A stretch of 64,000 nucleotides of DNA, from assembly GCF_009914755.1 (NCBI RefSeq), contig NC_060936.1. One strand, given 5' to 3'. Below the pieces are notes generated by a model. That model was given only the letters and a program-made list of their open reading frames with translations, was not told the DNA's origin and did no database searches. The stretch comes from the human T2T-CHM13v2.0 reference genome, Homo sapiens. Positions 62,756 to 64,000 of this stretch are shown here, one piece after another; positions within the stretch are counted from its first letter, which is position 1, and each line of letters opens with the position of its first letter. A program made the position numbers and the translations under genes.

Positions 62756-63254
62756 ACAAATTATTTTTACATAGATAATTGTTTTTGGAAGCTTCATCTG
62801 AGTTACAATAAAAAAGAGAAACAAAACCTTGCATTTTTATAATCTTCAAAGTAGTTTATATCTTATTTTATTTTCTCCTCTCCTTTCTTTCTTCCTATAT
62901 TCTCTCACTCCTCCCTTCTGTTCTTCCTTCAAAACTAATTTAGTGCTTTTCCAGTTTGGGGGCATTTTACATTTGGTGAATTAACCATTTAATTCCTCCA
63001 ATTCTTTCTTCTTGTCAACCTTTGACCATTTTCCTGTTAACCCTTGCATTGGAAGAAACTGGATGATGAGATTAATTGCTGACTGAGGTTATTATCACTG
63101 GATTCATGTTTCCCATGTTCTCTCCAGCCTTTCTCCCCTTTGAAGGAGGGGAGACAACTTAGATAACTGAAAGTGGAGTATATTTTTGTGACCTCTAGGG
63201 AAGAGGAGAAAGGAAGGGACATGGAAGAGAGAAGATATGATTAAGCCAATGTAA

Positions 63255-64000
63255 ACATTGTTAAAAAATTTATTTGCAATTTTTTTTGTTCATTTGTTAA
63301 GTAACATCATTCCTTAAATATAAAAGCAATCTTACAGGATTATGCAATAGTGTCTCACACAGAAATGACTCCAAAGCTCTCCTGGAAAGGTTGCCCCTTC
63401 TGGATTTCATGACCTTTCTTAAGGGTAAGAAGACACTGCCAAAGAGGCCTCTGACCACAGGATCATTTGATCATTACTAACTGTGCAGGAATATTTACAA
63501 CAGTAAGACTGTGAAGTTGTGGCGTCTAGAGGGGAAGGGGCAGAAGTGTGCAGAGGTGTGGGGAATGGTGACAATGGAGGCACTGCCCATCTTCCCATGA
63601 CTCTCTGAAACAGGCATGATGCAGATTGGTTTAGGGGCATGAAGGTGGGTCTGAGCAGGAGGACATGAGGAGAGGAGGGATGGCAGAATTTTATCTGGAG
63701 CCTTTCACATGGAAGGAAGTTTTGTGTGGTAGCTCTGGTGTATTAAAATAAAACATCAATTGTATGAGTGTAATAGACATTCTAGTTCTTCAGCAGCTGG
63801 GGATCTGTCACCTTATTTCCTAATGAATTCATGTGTTTTTCCATAAGTTGTTTTCACCTGCTACCATTACAGACTGGTCCAGACCTGCTTATCCTTTTGT
63901 TTCCCACAGCCTATTTCAGTGCAAGGCCTTATTTCCATGAGACTCTGGGAGAACAGCATGCATTCTGGGCAGGGTGGGACACAGTGAAGGGATGGAAGGT
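63255..64000 (-). other. SLCO1A2: Probable distal 3' UTR of SLCO1A2 (convergent neighbour)
   Basis: TTTATT at 63269-63274 is AATAAA on the - strand in unique sequence, about 25 kb from the SLCO1B1 end, matching recalled locus geometry; no coding sequence visible. Confidence 0.55.

Overview
Human (primate) genomic DNA, AT-rich and repeat-dense. It contains the 3' half of the liver organic anion transporter gene SLCO1B1 (OATP1B1) on the + strand: coding exons 10-15, all with GT-AG boundaries and matching phases, ending ...GADSETHC, plus the 3' UTR. Most of the rest is LINE-1, Alu, LTR/ERV, Tigger1 and MIR/L2 fossils. The far right end is probably the 3' UTR end of the convergent SLCO1A2 gene. 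The main observations are: (1) a relic of extra SLCO1B gene copies downstream of SLCO1B1, made of a dead exon-13 paralogue with about 2.4 kb of flanking intron followed by a copy of the SLCO1B promoter and non-coding exon 1 (degenerate FXR IR-1 and HNF1 sites); (2) a U2 snRNA fragment joined head-to-head to a truncated L1 inside one target-site duplication, suggesting twin priming on two different RNAs; (3) a full-length L1PA2-like element antisense in intron 11 whose antisense promoter, ORF0 and splice donors are in frame with downstream SLCO1B1 exons; (4) a roughly 25-bp micro-Alu whose empty site is visible in the paralogous copy. Repeat subfamily names, reference alleles and neighbouring-gene identity are recalled from memory, not searched; repeat boundaries are approximate unless a target-site duplication (TSD) is given.
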